Source of the DNA: Camelus ferus
Lineage: Eukaryota
Direction of reading: 5' to 3'
NCBI RefSeq assembly: GCF_009834535.1
Contig: NC_045696.1
Location: 13,332,001 to 13,396,000 of the forward strand
DNA: 64,000 nt
In this document: positions 25,980 to 39,770 of the stretch, one piece after another
Position numbering within the stretch: the first letter of the stretch is position 1
Layout: each line of letters starts with the position of its first letter
Translations under genes and position numbers: made by a program
Notes under the pieces: generated by a model
The model's input: the letters and a program-made list of their open reading frames with translations, nothing else
Databases searched by the model: none
What the model was told of the DNA's origin: nothing

Positions 25980-26900
25980 GAGAAAAGTTGGTAAGTGAAG
26001 GTAGGTGAAAGTTAAGGGAATTCACACCAAGTAGTTTCCATTTTTCTCTTCAAAATATGAGATTAGGTCTTTCCTTAATGAGTGAACGCCAGGGAAGAGT
26101 AGGAGGCTTGAGGTATAAATGTCTATAATTGCCCAGGTAGAGGGGTAGAGGTCAGGACACAGACCGTATCAGTGACAAATCCAGGCATGCAGCATTGAGG
26201 TACCAGCTGAGGTTCAAAGCCGTAACACTGTAATAGCATCCACAGTCATATTTTCTCCCACAGTGATTGGCTACTCAGGGACGAAGGATAGATTCAAAGA
26301 TGCAGGTTTGGGAAACTGCAGGACACATCTGATGGAAGGTCAGGATTAGCAAGGTTTAGTGAACCAGGGGGTGGAAATTTGACATGAAGGAGATTGGGGT
26401 CTAGGTTGAATAAGGAAGAAAATAAGAGTATAATGAATCATTAGCTTGGAGATGAAGGAAGGGCCAAAAGATGTGGACTGCTGGACAAGATCCAAGAGCA
26501 AGTGCTGTGAGGGTGAAAAAGTGAGAGTTAACCCTGTCCATCATATTTCAGTGCTGTAGATTATTACATCACACTGTGGGTGCAGAGGTGTATCATAATA
26601 GTTCTTAAATGGAGGATGCAATATGTCAATTAGATCATTCAATCCTTCAGTGAACAAGCAATTACTGAACATTTACCATGTGTCAGGCATGATTCTAGGT
26701 TCTGGGGGTAACCAAACAAAGCCCTTAGCTTCATGGAGCTAATATTCGAAAGGAATAGGGGAGATAAACAATGAACAGAATAAATGCATAAAATATGCAT
26801 CTGCCATAAAATATCGCAGATGGTGTTAAGGATGCTGGAGAAGGGAACAGGGAGTATTGAGATAAGAGGTGCTTTACAATTTTAAGCACCACGGACAAGG
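25980..26900 (-). mobile_element. L2 fragments (an internal piece, then a 3' end from about 26635)
   Basis: 'tttccatttttctct..atatgag'; 'aacaagcaattactgaacatttaccatgtgtcaggcatgattctagg..cttcatggagct'. Confidence 0.6.
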
Positions 26901-28894
26901 AAAAAGTGTTAGGATGATGTGAAAGGAGAGACTAGTCCATATAAGTGGAGACCAACTTATAAATGGATTGAATATGTCACTTTCCAAATTGTCATCTGTA
27001 TTTTAATTAGTTGAAACTCAGAATTCCTTTTTCCAGAGAAATGAAATGATTTGTTGTGATTGGGGACCCAGACAATTCTTACCCCTTCCCTCCCCCCAAA
27101 ACTTTCTTCAACTCATCATGAGTTGGAAATACCATCCTTTGTAGCCCTGAGCTTTAAGTGCTTTCAAGATTCTCTGCTCCACAAGTCAAGATGGCTTTTT
27201 GAGTGCTGAGGAAAGAAAGGAGTCTGGTGGGTGATGGAGGCTGGGAATTTCTCATTTCATTACAATTGTGGGGAGCAGAGCAGTGAGAAGAGGGAAGGTG
27301 GGAGGTGACTCCCCAGTGTCTGGAGCCCTGGCTGAGTTGCTGAGTGGGTCTGAATAAAGGGTAGAGGGAATCTCATAGGCTCTGAAAACGACTCCCTGAG
27401 GACCTCTTGAAAAGAGCTGCTGGACAAGGGAGGATGCCAGCGAGGACCTTGGCAGCTGAGGCTCCCTTAGGAAGTCTGGTATTCACAGAGTGTGATACCT
27501 GCCCTTGCTGGTTCCCCCCACAAAGGTCACTGCTCCAGAATTTCATGCAGGAGGGACACAAGCCAGGCACCAATCATGCTGTACTATTTGTTACTTTGTT
27601 ACATCCAGCATCATTTATGCAACACTAAGCATTGAACAGCTGCAGGTACAACTTGGGATAAACAGTGAGCAGCACCCAAGGTTGAACTTACATTCTTGGG
27701 CAACAAATTAGCAAGGCCATAGGAATAGAAATAGTAAATAAGGCAATAGAAAATCAACACAATAAATATGTAAGTTATATAGGCTATGTGAGAACTATGG
27801 GTTAAGAATGACTAAAACAGCGAAGGCCTAAGAATCTCATCTATGAAATGAGGTACCTAAAGCTTCTGTCTTCACCACTTGGAGGTATTTTTCATGTCTA
27901 TAACTGCAGTTGAGAGAGATGAGATTTCTGGAAGTGTTACTTATGGTTCTGTAAATTTAAAATTGAGTTTTCACTATAAGCTTAAAAATGACTTTGAGTG
28001 TCTAAGAATTCTGGAGAGCAGTTTTGGCTGTTTTTAAACGCCTGTGGATGTCTATGGGAAAAAATTAATATGTTTTAAGAACCCATTTTCAGTCTTTAAT
28101 TCCCCCTTTGAAATGAGAGAAAAAGGTAAATAACAAGATTCATAGCTTTGAAGTTATTTTACCAAGCTTGAATGATAATCATTATGTTTCCCTGATGGCT
28201 TTATTATATGACTTTAAGTATGATCTCCTTTTTCTAAGAAAGAGGAATTTATAAGAGTGATGGTAGTTCACCCAGTAATTTGTAAACATTGCCTAAATCC
28301 CTAGTTAGCCAGTCTATATATGAAGGAGATGTTCAACTTTACAAAGAACATAATAAGTGTTTAAATTTATTTTTCTACTTTCCACAGCCCAAATGAACCA
28401 CTTATGATAATTATTGCCCTTTTCCACTGCCATTCTGAAGGAGCTTTTTATCATGTAAGGCAGCGTTCCTTACAGAGAAGTAGGTGTTTTAAAATAAACA
28501 CGCAGGACAAGCAGAGGAAAGATAATCTCCACTCTACCCAAAAATATCTCAGGAAGGACATATGAAAGTTTTTAAACAAAAGTATTAATATTCTAAAGAA
28601 TATTTTTCAATGTTAATGAGCTTTTCAAATTAAACATTTTTTAGAAACTGCAGCTAAGATTTCAAATAGCTGATTACACCAATCAAAGAGGAATTTCATC
28701 TACTCACAGAGAAGCCGTTAAGTTTCCATTTGCAAGAGAGAGCTGAGCTAAAATCTTGCCTATCTGTCCCCTGCCTGTCTTTTTGTCTCTCTTCTTCTGG
28801 TTCATCAACTTCTCTTTTCTTAGCCTGCTCCATTACATTGAGTTTCCTGTGTGGAGTGTTTTGTTTTGCTTTTTTTTTTTTTTTTTTTTTTTTT

Positions 28895-29860
28895 ACCGTT
28901 CTCTCTTTCATTTCACAAATCTTGGGTGATCTCATCCACTGTCATGACTTTCCAGCCACTAACAGTGCCCTAGCTTCCCTCTTTCTCCTGTGTGATCTGT
29001 ACTTTAGCTTCACTTTGGATCTCTACCTCACAGTAGAGTAACCAACAGCCCCAGTTTACTGGGGGCCGTCCTAGGTTAAATACTGAAAGTTTGGCATCCT
29101 ACATCTCGTGAGCCAGTACAAACCCGCTCTTGCGTACCCTTGGCCTAATCTGAAGAGGCTTCATGGATGAAGGAAGGCAACGTACTCCACTTCCAAGCAC
29201 CACCAGCACAGCCACTGCCTCCGAACTAGGACGTTCCTCCCAGGATCACTGCTTGGTCCCTGTCCCTCCTACTGCCCTCCTGCCCACCAGTCCATGTCTC
29301 ACACTGCAGCTGGAGTGGTCCTTTCAATGGCCATGGGAAATCACAGAGCCCCTCTTTTCACAGTTCTCCAATGGCTTCCCCTCTCACTCAGAATTTCACC
29401 CAACATTGCAGCCACTCCGCCCGTTTGACTCAGCTCCATTGATGACCTTTCTGCCTCGTTTTCTCCCTTTTGTCTGTCTCCTCATCAGCCTCCTTGCAGC
29501 TCTTCCCACATACGCAGAGCTCTGAGCTGAGCGCCCTCACACCTTGCTTCTTTGGCTTGACGTACAGCGACCTCCACCCTGCACACCCCCTAAACTGCTT
29601 TGCCTCTAACCCAGTGTTACAACCACCTGACAATAAAAAGCTTCTCCCAAGTCCCTAAGACCATCTGTTTTCTCCTCCATCACCCTACACCTCACTGCTT
29701 TTCATAGCATATACTAGCACCTTCTACATTACATGTTTATTTATTTTTCATCTTCCTAAGAAGATATACGTGTCATGAAAAAGAGACTTTGCTTTACTCT
29801 CTGTTGCCTCCTTAGAGCCTCAAACACTGTCACATAACAAAAGCTACGTACTTTTTGAAA
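28895..29860 (+). mobile_element. L2 LINE fragment (possible MER81-like piece near 29035-29130)
   Basis: 'cttgggtgatctcatccactgtcatgacttt', 'ctccaatggcttcccctctcactcaga', 3' end 'cttagagcctcaaacactgtcacataa'. Confidence 0.7.
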
Positions 29861-30657
29861 GCATTTAAGAATCCTAATTGTTGTTCATGATGGAATTTGT
29901 TCATTTTGGGTGAAGCTCACTACCATTTCTCTTGGGATAAGTTGTTCAGTGGGTTGAGGGGCAGAAAGTGGCCAAGTTCCACAAGTTATTATAAGGCTAT
30001 GTCCCCTCAGAGAGGAATCTGTTTCTAACTCTCATGAAGGTGCCATATGGGCTAGTAGTGGCCCTGATTCTACCCATTGACACATTATACCCTCCTGTGT
30101 TCAATACATTCAAAAAATCATTTCATAACTAAAGATGTTTTCTTTGCTTATTGTATCCCAAATCTTCTAATGAATTAGGACAATTGGCATTTGTTTGCCA
30201 CTTCTCTGGGAGAGAAGAGAATAAATGGATATGTCCAAGCAACCAGAATATCACACTTTTATTGGAAGTGGGTCTGTGGATAATGAAAAATTGGAAACAT
30301 CTGTAAAGAGACTGATAACATGGCTAGTTCTGCAGAAAAGATGATGAGGGAAAAGTGTTAATGAAAGGTCATAATTGTTTACAATATTTCAGGAAGGTGA
30401 AATTAAATATGTAAAGGGTCAAGCCAAATTTTTTTCCTCACTATGGCCCAGAAATGAAATTAAGTCTCAGGTCCTAGAAAGCAATTAAAACTTATTGTGA
30501 TGATTGCATTCACAGAATATTTGTAAGTAGCCCATTCAGAAATTTACAGTTAATGTCTCATTTTTTTTTAAACATGGTCTTACTTTATGGCCAGAAAATC
30601 AAATAGAAGAATAAAAAGGGAGCCAAAAAAAAAATCTACACCATTCCTAATTCATTT

Positions 30658-30832
30658 TATTTTATTTATTTAAAAAAATGTTTTTAGAGTGAAGGTAGAT
30701 TTATTCAGAGAGATACATACTCCATAGACAGAGTGTAGCCTGTCTCAGAGGCGAGGGGGTGCTTAAAACAAAAGTAGATTTACATACTCCACAGACAGAG
30801 TGCAGGCCATTTACGCAGAAAGGAGAGCGGTG
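30658..30832 (-). mobile_element. Retroposed ERV-LTR-derived fragment with poly(A) tail
   Basis: Minus strand has AATAAA (tttatt 30700-30705) then an A-rich tail; 'gtagatttattcagagagatacatactccatagacagagtg' resembles a cetartiodactyl ERV LTR; degraded TSD ctaattcatttt / ctgattcagttt. Confidence 0.55.
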
Positions 30833-32358
30833 CTGATTCAGTTTGTAATAACAACATGGTCAACAATGTTAAGGGATCATTTTATCCAAAGTTTAAACTC
30901 TAAATTACTAACTGTAGGTATTTCCTTCAAGATCTTTATTTCTTTATCTACGAAGTAGGCATAGTAAATTTATCTCCTAAGAAAAAAATATAACAATCAG
31001 ATATGACAATTGGTATTATTAGGCTTAAAGATATGTTTCATAAATTACTTTAAATGCTTATTAAATGGGCATTTTTATGAAAGGGAACATTTGCTTAAGA
31101 CTTTAATGATGCTTGCATTGCTCACAAAGTATTTATTATCATCCAGTTAAGGAAGTGTGAGTTCTTCCAAAGAATATGGATGTTCAGACCTTCAGTGGTA
31201 CTCTTCGTTTATGTTTTACCCAATACTACATTAAAGTTATCAATGCTTGACACGTTCAGAAGGCAGTTCATCTCTCTAAGAAGTCCCTTTTTAAAAGTGG
31301 CTTGCCAGACCTCACCCAGGTGGCTTATCTGACAGTCTTGGCAAGATGACCTGGGCGATAATTCTGGACCTGACATTTCTGTCTGAGGCACAAAGAAACT
31401 GGAGGCTCATTTCCCAGAGGATGGGGGAAGTTGTAGCTCTAACTGTTTAAAATTGGATTTTATTGGGTAATGCTTCAAAGCACTCACTTTGCATTTCTGC
31501 TAACAAAGCTGAACATTCAGCCAAAATATTGGAAAGGAAATAGTCAGGCAGAATGAAACGACAGAGGAGGCTTGGGAAGTGGGGAGCCAAGCCAAGAATG
31601 ACAAAATAAAAGGGGCACGTTCCAGTAGGAGAAGTGAAAGGGAAAACTGTTTTTAGCTCATTGGCTAGTCTCCTTGTCCCACAGCCATATCCGAATCTTG
31701 GAAATAATGACTTCTTTAGTCGTTTTTTAGCTTTTCCTCTCATACACTCTCTTGAAGTCTAGCCTGTTACATTAAAGAAGATGTTAGTAGCCCTTCTTGG
31801 CATTTCAAGCTTTTAATACAGATTGGTGTTTACGATTTAAGGACAGGTGCCACAAATGGAGGTCACAGGGTAGTTTCTACCCTGACAGTGGACATAAAAT
31901 GACTTTAGCATTCATGCAATGAAAAAAATAAAGCGTTCCGAACAAATATTTCTGTCTGAGACAACCATCATCTGAAACACAGGTTTGGGAAGTATTTTAA
32001 GCTCCACAACATGACTCTGAAGGTGAGCATATCTACTTGTTTGTCTCCTGCTAGGATGACTTTATTCATACCATAGTGATGTTGTGTGAATTCTTCTGCT
32101 CCTTGAAAAACACAGCTTATCTGATCACGGGAAGCCAATCCCACCCAAACTGAGCGGCTTATTTAGAAATGACTGAGAGCAGTCATAGAGACAGCCCAGG
32201 AAGGCAGTCTAAAAGGATAAATCAGAAAAGAGGACAGAACGCAGCAGAAGCTGGTTGTGCTGGTCAGAAAAAGAGACCTGGATGAACTGACTTCAGTGAG
32301 GTTCTCGGTAATTTTGTCAATGATGTCTCACTTGTGTTCCTAATCCCTCACTATGTGA

Positions 32359-32380
32359 GTGTGTGTGTGTGTGTGTGTGT
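32359..32380. repeat. (GT)n microsatellite
   Basis: Seen directly. Confidence 0.9.
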
Positions 32381-33039
32381 ACATTTAATTTATAAAATCA
32401 TCTCTGCTAACTATAACATGCACCACCTTTCCACATTTGAGGAGGTTTCCAAATTTATATTCCAAATAAAAAAACATGAACACTTCATCATACCTAAGAG
32501 GACAGCAGACAAAATTTCCCACAACTTGATACAGTTCAGTTCTTTTACAAGTCTCTTGTGTTGCTAAATGACCCACAGAAATGAAACCAATGTTGGTAAA
32601 AAGCAAAACAATGATACTTTGTACTTGAGCAATTTCTAAAACTGAGTTGTGTGAAAACAATTAATGATAGATTTTTTTAAATGCAGTGGCTTTTTCTTTT
32701 AGATTTCATTAAATGGTTTTTGCAGAGGAGCTATATTTGAGAGGATATGAATTTATGGATTGTACAAGGTGATTATCTTTAATGTATGTGTCAGTCTTAA
32801 ATTAGCATAAAGTCCAAGAATTTAAAGGGAACTTGATCATGTAGTAAAGTTCTTACTCATAACTTTGGTTCTTTCAGAAACAAACCATTTAGATATTGCC
32901 AAAGTATCTTCAGGTAAAGAGATTAAACAATAGTACAGGCTTTCATAATATTTTCCAGTCAATATACATTTACTGCAAAACTAGTCTGTGCTGGCAACAC
33001 AGAGTCAAATATGACACTTTCTGGTTCATGTATGCATCT

Positions 33040-33650
33040 ATTTAAAGCATTTATTCAGGGTCTACAATGTGCCAGCACTGCTTAGAGGCAATAATGTACA
33101 AGGGTCAAAATAAGTTAAGACCAAGTTGCTGCTTTCATGGAAATTACAGCCTAGTGGAAGAAAAAGACATTAAAAAAAAGATATTTAATATAACAACAGA
33201 CAGTGTAAAATGCTGTACTTAAAAATAAAGTAGGATGAGGAGTCAAGAGTGACAGAGACAAGAGTGCAATTTTAGATAGGATGGTTCAGGTAGACCCTTC
33301 TGGCAGGGTGACATTTTAAATGGGGACCGGAATGGGCTGGGAATGAAAAGAAGGCGCTCTAGGGAGAGGGATCCCGATGCCAAAGATGCCACAGTAAGAG
33401 AACAGGGTATGCTGAGGACAGTTCCCTGGGCCAGCCAGTGCCCTGCGTGGACGGGACGGGGAGAAATTGCAGAAGAGGAGGCAGGAAAGGGGGGTGGGGG
33501 CGATATTTGAAAGGATGGTAAACTGCTGAAGAGTTTCGATTTTGCTTAAGATAGAAGGAAATTGAAGGAGTTTTAGAAGAGATCAGAAGAAAGCTGAACT
33601 ATGTTTTCACCAGTCACTCTGGCAGCGGTGTGGAGATTAGGAAGCGGGGA
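33040..33650 (-). mobile_element. L2a-type LINE 3' region
   Basis: 'aagcatttatt..ctacaatgtgccagcactg', 'ctgctttcatggaaattacagcctagtgg', 'tcactctggcagc'. Confidence 0.75.
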
Positions 33651-33715
33651 GGGAGATCATGCATTCATTCAATACATTATGAACCGGAGGCCTTCAAATA
33701 CATTTGTTTGCTCCA

Positions 33716-34242
33716 TGATGGTCAATTCTATGAGACAATATGACTGGGCCACGGGGCGCCCAGATTAAACAATATTTCTGAGCGTGTGTGTGTGAGGGTG
33801 TCTTCAGATGAGGTTAGCCTTTGAGTCTGTGGATTTAGAACAGTAAATAGCCCCCCTTCATGTGAGTGGGCATCCTCCAGTCCACTGGGGGCCTGAGTAA
33901 ACAGAACGGGTAGGATGGAGAAATTCACTTTATTAGAAAAAAAAATTGCCTGATTTCTTAAACTCGGACGTTGGTCTTCTCCCATCCTGGGTTCTCCTTG
34001 TCCTCACACCTTCAGGCTTGAACTGGAGCCTCTGCCATAGACTCATGTGGTTCTCAGACCTTTGCACTTGGACTGAATTTTATGCCACAGGCAATTCTGA
34101 GTCTCCAAATTGTAAGTGACAGACTGTGGAACTTCTCAGCCTCTGAAGTTATGTGATCCTATTCCTTATAATAAATCTTTTCATATATATAGGTATATAG
34201 AATATATATATATTCTATTGGTTTTATTTCTCTGGAAAACCT
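33716..34242 (+). mobile_element. MLT2B/C ERVL solo LTR
   Basis: 'tgatggtcaattctatg..gactgggccacggggcgcccaga', 'gtgggcatcctccagtcc', 'tctattggttttatttctctggaaaacc'. Confidence 0.85.
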
Positions 34243-34749
34243 TTAGTGTTATAACCTCCAGCCTCCCCTCACAAAAAAAATTTGAAAAAATATTTTAATA
34301 TGTTCATAATGCATTTAAGTACTTGCAAAAGTATAATTGCCAGCATATTGAAAATACTGGCACTTAAAATAATTATTTCACTCCAATTTAAAATAGCCAC
34401 TAGAATGCAAGCACGGAACTGATTTGCTTTGCATCATTATTCATGTAAAATCATAAGTTGGTTTTAACACTTTTATGCTGGTGCCTTTAAGTTTCTCCTT
34501 AACTTCTTCCACAGAATCTTACTCTAAAATAATATATTTTTATGATTTGGAAATGCTTTATGGATAATCTTTTTTGTATTTTTTGCAATCAACACGTACA
34601 CACCACACACCCACGTATATAGTATAACATATATTAATTTTATTAAATATAGCTCAGTATAACTAGTCTATTTTTGTAATTTACATAACTATAATTTATT
34701 TATAATTAGAGTATTTGTAATTTTACATGAGTAATATATTTAGTTACTG

Positions 34750-34935
34750 TAACAGTAATGCTAGAATCCCTTATGCAGTTTTCATTACATACCTGCAACT
34801 GGTCCTGGTGCCCTTCATATTTTATCTCAATTAATTTAATCTTTGTAACCAGCCTATGTGGTAGCTCATACATCTTGTTCAGATAAACAGGGGGTGGAAA
34901 TGGAGAGACTTTAGTTAACATCAACATCACTCAAC
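34750..34935 (-). mobile_element. MIR fragment
   Basis: 'tatctcaattaatttaatctttgtaaccagcctatgtggtag'. Confidence 0.55.
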
Positions 34936-36839
34936 CCTTTGAATACCTTCAATTTTACGTGCCAAGATCAAACAGCTATCTATTAGCTGATTCATTAGGT
35001 CCTCTAATTTTTGGTAGCAGAAGATTTGAAAGCACCCGATCAGGGAATGGATTTGTTACCCATGTCAGGACCACGGTTAACCCAGTGATGGCCGTCATTT
35101 CATCCTAAAGCATGGCAGAGACTGGACAGTGCGTGGGCCAGGGGCTGACCTTTCTGTTGTTAAGGCAGAGAAGACCACCTCACAAAGGGGACACCTTGAC
35201 TATGCTACATTCTCAGGCAGGTCAGTTTTAGGACTACTATGGAAACTAAAGCTCTAGAATCCAGCTCCTGGTCAAGCCTGATCCCTCCCATGGCCACCTT
35301 GGCAAGACCCTCTGGGAAGCATGCTCAACGCTCCTCGGCAGTATCTTTTTTTTTTTTTTTGCTACCTTTCTTGTCCTTAAGAAACATCTTGTCCTTTTCA
35401 AAATGTGCTTTTCACAATCTAGGAAAAGGAGTCCCCGAGGTATTAAATGGCCATCTCTGGCCATAATTTGAAGCGAGAGACCAGATTTTTATTACGATGA
35501 TCAGATCACTTAACGATGTTCAGTCCTTGACAGGTTAATGTATATTTTATTGGAATATTGATCCATTTCTGTTCCTGTTAAATAGCAAAGTAACAGTTTA
35601 AAATGGTGCAGCCTGTGAGTAAAAGTGGGTGATGGTGGGGGGCAGCACTGAAAGACTGTGGATGCAGCTGCTGTTAAGTTCCAATTCACCCAAGAAATAA
35701 TTTTTTTTAATTGCTATAAGGGAAAAAAGCCTTTCCTGTTTCTATCCTTGGAGCCACTTTAAAATCATATTGATGGAAAAAAATAGATTGTTTAAATTTA
35801 AGCAGGCTACAGTTCTCCTAAAAGACACATATTTCTTGAAGGATTCAGAAGCCATTTTGATATATTAATTTTATACCAGAAGTTTTCAAAGCTTGCTGTT
35901 TGAATGATCTGTTGGAACATGACCATTTTTATTAAACTGTCATATTTTAACTTATCCAATAGTTGCTGTTTTAGTGCAAAATCTCATTAGTGATTTTACA
36001 TGTTTCCACAGGTAGACTGGTGGGAAATTGATTGCTGTTTTTCATTTGACAAATCCTTGAATCCTCATATATTTTTCTTGCTTCTGCCCATCACCAAGAA
36101 ATGGGCTGTTAACACTTTCCAGGCCTTTGCTGCAGAAAGAAAACAGAGTCCTTTTGAAAGCTCTGGGTGATGTTTGTGAATATTTAATCATGGAGGTGGT
36201 ACAATGGCCTTATTTACAGCAATATGTCAAAATTAATTTCATGGTATTCTGTCAAGGAAAGAATCTTACCATATGCCCTCAAATAAAAATAAATGAGTAA
36301 GGAAAACTCTGACAAGAAGTTTACTAATTCTGCAAAAACTTTGGATGCAAGATTCTCTTAAATGAAAATAGAATCATTCATGCAAATATGATTGAGTTTA
36401 ATTTATTTCTGTTGTTAAAAAGGAATTTTAAAAAAGGGTTTCTATCTTTCTATGTTTTCAAATTCACACTGAGTATCTTCAGTACAGAGTCTCGTGGTTT
36501 TTATTAGAAATGCATTAAATGCAAAATTAAGTATGAAGAGAAAGGGATGGCAAGAACCTGACAGACATACTTAGAAGGACGTCAAGTACTCGGATTGGAG
36601 ATACAGTGAGCAGAGTTTCCAAGTACAACACCCATTCCCTGGCACCAGGACAACATTACATTTCAGGTGATTCACCCAACAGATGTATGATGACAGCCTC
36701 AGAGGAAAGAGCCTACCTCTGCTGAACACATGGAACTTTAGTCACCAGCGAATAAAACATCACCGCTTGGTTCAATAAACATATGGAACACAAGTGGGCT
36801 GGCGGATGAATTTCTTAAAATTTCACTTTTTCCCATGTG

Positions 36840-37310
36840 ATGTATTAAAATTTTTGATACAGGCTAATTTAGCAGTTTTTGAAATTAAAATTTTTACACT
36901 CAGATTATAAAGAAATTCATTTATTATTATTTTTTAGTATTGTATGTTTTCATTTTTTGCATACTGAGATTTAGTGCATTTGGAGTCTCTTCTTACGTAT
37001 AGAGTGAATCTAACTTTGCATTTTCCAAACAGCTATTTAGTAGGATCCAAGCCATTAAAAAGTAGTACATCTTTTCCTTACTGTTTTGAGTTATCACCTT
37101 TCTTGCTTCTAAGTTTTTATATGAACTTGAGTCTTTTTCTAAGTGTTCTGTTTCACTGGTATGTCTGTCTCATCATGTTCTAGTACTGCACTGCATTACA
37201 CGTAGAGGTTGTATGGTTTAATCCTGGGTAAGGCTATACTTCTCTGACTCTCCTCCTTGCTCTTTTTTTTCCCAAGGTGTTTCTAGCTTTTTCTGCAAGT
37301 TTGTTTAAGA
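36840..37310 (-). mobile_element. Ancient L1M fragment
   Basis: 'atctaactttgcattttccaaa..cttttccttactg..ctgtttcactggtatgtctgtct..tagtact'. Confidence 0.55.
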
Positions 37311-38344
37311 GGACTTAGGAGTAAAATATTTTAATTTCTGTAACTAACTTGCAAATGAACATATGCATTATGTACACATACAGAGGGAAAGAGAAAGTAA
37401 ATGTGCAATTTTCTTGTGGTCTGAAAACTTTCAAAAATAAAGTATTGGAAGAAACTCAAAAAATAAGTTAGGGATAAAAATCAAAGTGGCTTCCCATTAA
37501 CTTTTAGGGAGGAAATTGGACAGACATGGTCATAAGAACAAGTCTCCTCAATGTGTATTTTGAAACAATGTTTTGCTTCATTTTGAAAAATCTAACTGTA
37601 TTAGTGATTCAAAATAAAACATCAATAAAATCTACGTTAAAATAATTCCCTCTAAATATGGGAATTGTGAAACGGATTTCAAACATCCTAAGTGTTTTGC
37701 ATCAGGAAATTTAAGTAGTTATCAAAAAATTCTTGGAAACAGACTGGCCAATGAAGGTCTTCCTGGTGGTTTGGCTTGCCCTGGTCCAGGAAATCTGTGC
37801 TTAAGAGGGGCCAGGAGCAGGATGGCATCTCACTTCCAGAGGAAGCATTGCCAGAAACTCCTGTGCTATTGACCTAGAGGTTGCAATTCCAACTTCTCTT
37901 CTTACTCTCCTTCTTCTCTCTAGAGGTCACTGCATTTACTAAAGGTCATGTGCACCAAGTGTCACCGTGTTGGAGCTTGATGGGGCATGTGCACATATGT
38001 TTGCATGCTTCTGCTATCAATTTTTTTCCTTCTCTCTGTGTTCCACCTTTCAGGCAGGAATGTAAAGAGGAGAGGGGCAATCAACCCTGCACAGTTCTCA
38101 GTCTAGCTGGCACCATCACTCTCTCTGGTCTCTAGGGCTTTCTCTCTCCCTGGAATCCCATCTCTTGCTTCTTATCCTTTATCTGCCTACCGCTGTCCTG
38201 TATCCGAGCCTCAGAATAGACTTTACTTCTTCTGAAGTTTGTCCTTTCCAAGGTGGTGTTAAGCATTCTTGCCATGAGCTCCCATAGTCCTCTGAATAAC
38301 CTGAACACAGGGCACTTCATAGTGTGCTGTAATTACCTTAGGAG

Positions 38345-39140
38345 AATGAACACTTACTATATGCTCAGAGCTTGAGTGTATTACTTGCTTTTTACATCAG
38401 TCCCATGAGGTAGGAGACATTTTGGTCTCTATTTTAGATAAAAGGGAAGTAGGCTTAGAGAAACTTAGTTACACGTTATATCGAGTAGACTTTAAGATGG
38501 TTCCCTATGGTTCCCACCTCCTGGTATCCTTGGTCTTGTGTAATCCCTTCTCCTTGAATGTGGGCTGGACAGACTAAGTTGTTTCTGAAAACAGAATATA
38601 GAGAAAGTGATGAGGTATCACTTCTGTGACTTGGTTACAAAAGACTGCGGTGTCCATTTTGCTAGTAGATTCCCTTTGTTGCCTTCTTGGCTTGTCCACG
38701 TTGGTGAGGCAAGACAGCATATTGGAAAGGACTACACAGCAATGAGCTGAGGGTAGCCTCTAGCTGATTGCAGCTGGAGTCCTCAGTCCGACAGCCCTCA
38801 AGGAATTGTACCTCGTCAAAAACTTCATGAGTAAACTTGGGAGATGATCCCTCCACTGCTGAAAATGTAAGTGAGACCACAGTCATGGGTGTGATGTAAT
38901 TTTGTGGAAGATCCTGATACAGAGGCCTCAGCTAAACTATGCCCAGATTCATGGCTGATAGAACCTGTAAGATAATATATTTGTGTTCTATTAAAATGCT
39001 AAGTTTTAGGGTAAAGACAGATAACTATAGATTGTTATCATAGACAATAAAATTGCTTTACTTAAGTCCCACAGTTAGAACTATAGAGTGCAGGGTTAAA
39101 ATCCGGTGATTTCTAATGAATCCTTATGTCGTGCTGCTTG
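38345..39140 (-). mobile_element. MIR split by an MLT1 LTR
   Basis: 'tgaacacttactatatgc..cccatgaggtagg..attttagata..aggcttagagaa' resumes as 'cttaagtcccacagttag' near 39060. Confidence 0.6.
38481..39030 (+). mobile_element. MLT1E/F MaLR LTR
   Basis: 'taagatggttccc..cccacctcctggtat..tgtgtaatcccttctccttgaatgtgggctggac', 'cagctaaactatgcccagattc', 'ctaagtttt'. Confidence 0.85.
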
Positions 39141-39729
39141 GTTATGTCCCAGCTGTTTCTTCTTCATTTAGTATATTTTGATTTTCATTCCTATCATTTA
39201 GCAAATGCAGCAAACACCATTTGTGTATCCTCAACAATTGTGAAATAAACATGGGTCTATGGAAAACAAAGCCTATAGAGAATCAGCCAGTCAAAGCAAC
39301 ATTTTTTTCAACTTTGTTTCTTAAAACTGGGTGAAGAGAAGAGATACATGTAACATAACATACTACTTTGGAACTTCTTCATGCACTTTTGCGTGCTTGC
39401 TGCAAAATCGGCAAAATCAATTTTAACATCTTTTTATCCTAGAATATGGGTCAGGGAGCACACATGAGTCCTAATTTGAAGTTAATTCCCTTATCAAACA
39501 TTTTTTAAATACCTTCTGAATTTCTGCCTTTGTGCCAAGCCCTTGGAATACAAAATTGGATAGAACAATGTTAGGACCAAGACCAAATGCAAATAGTGGC
39601 ATCATTGTGTGACTTGATAAGTGATTTAATTGAGGTTTGAACATAGAACTGTGGAAATAAAGGCTAAACCAGTAATCGAGTGAGGTGACCTTGGTTGGTC
39701 TCTCTCTCTGTTACTCTTCCTTCTGCCTG

Positions 39730-39738
39730 CACACACTT

Positions 39739-39769
<31 letters not shown>

Positions 39770-39770
39770 T
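39730..39770. repeat. (CA)n/(CG)n alternating purine-pyrimidine microsatellite
   Basis: Seen directly: acacgcgcgcgcacacac... Confidence 0.85.

Noticed and set aside
34260..34700. AT-rich block that might be a DNA transposon fragment
   Set aside because: Could not identify TIRs or a family.
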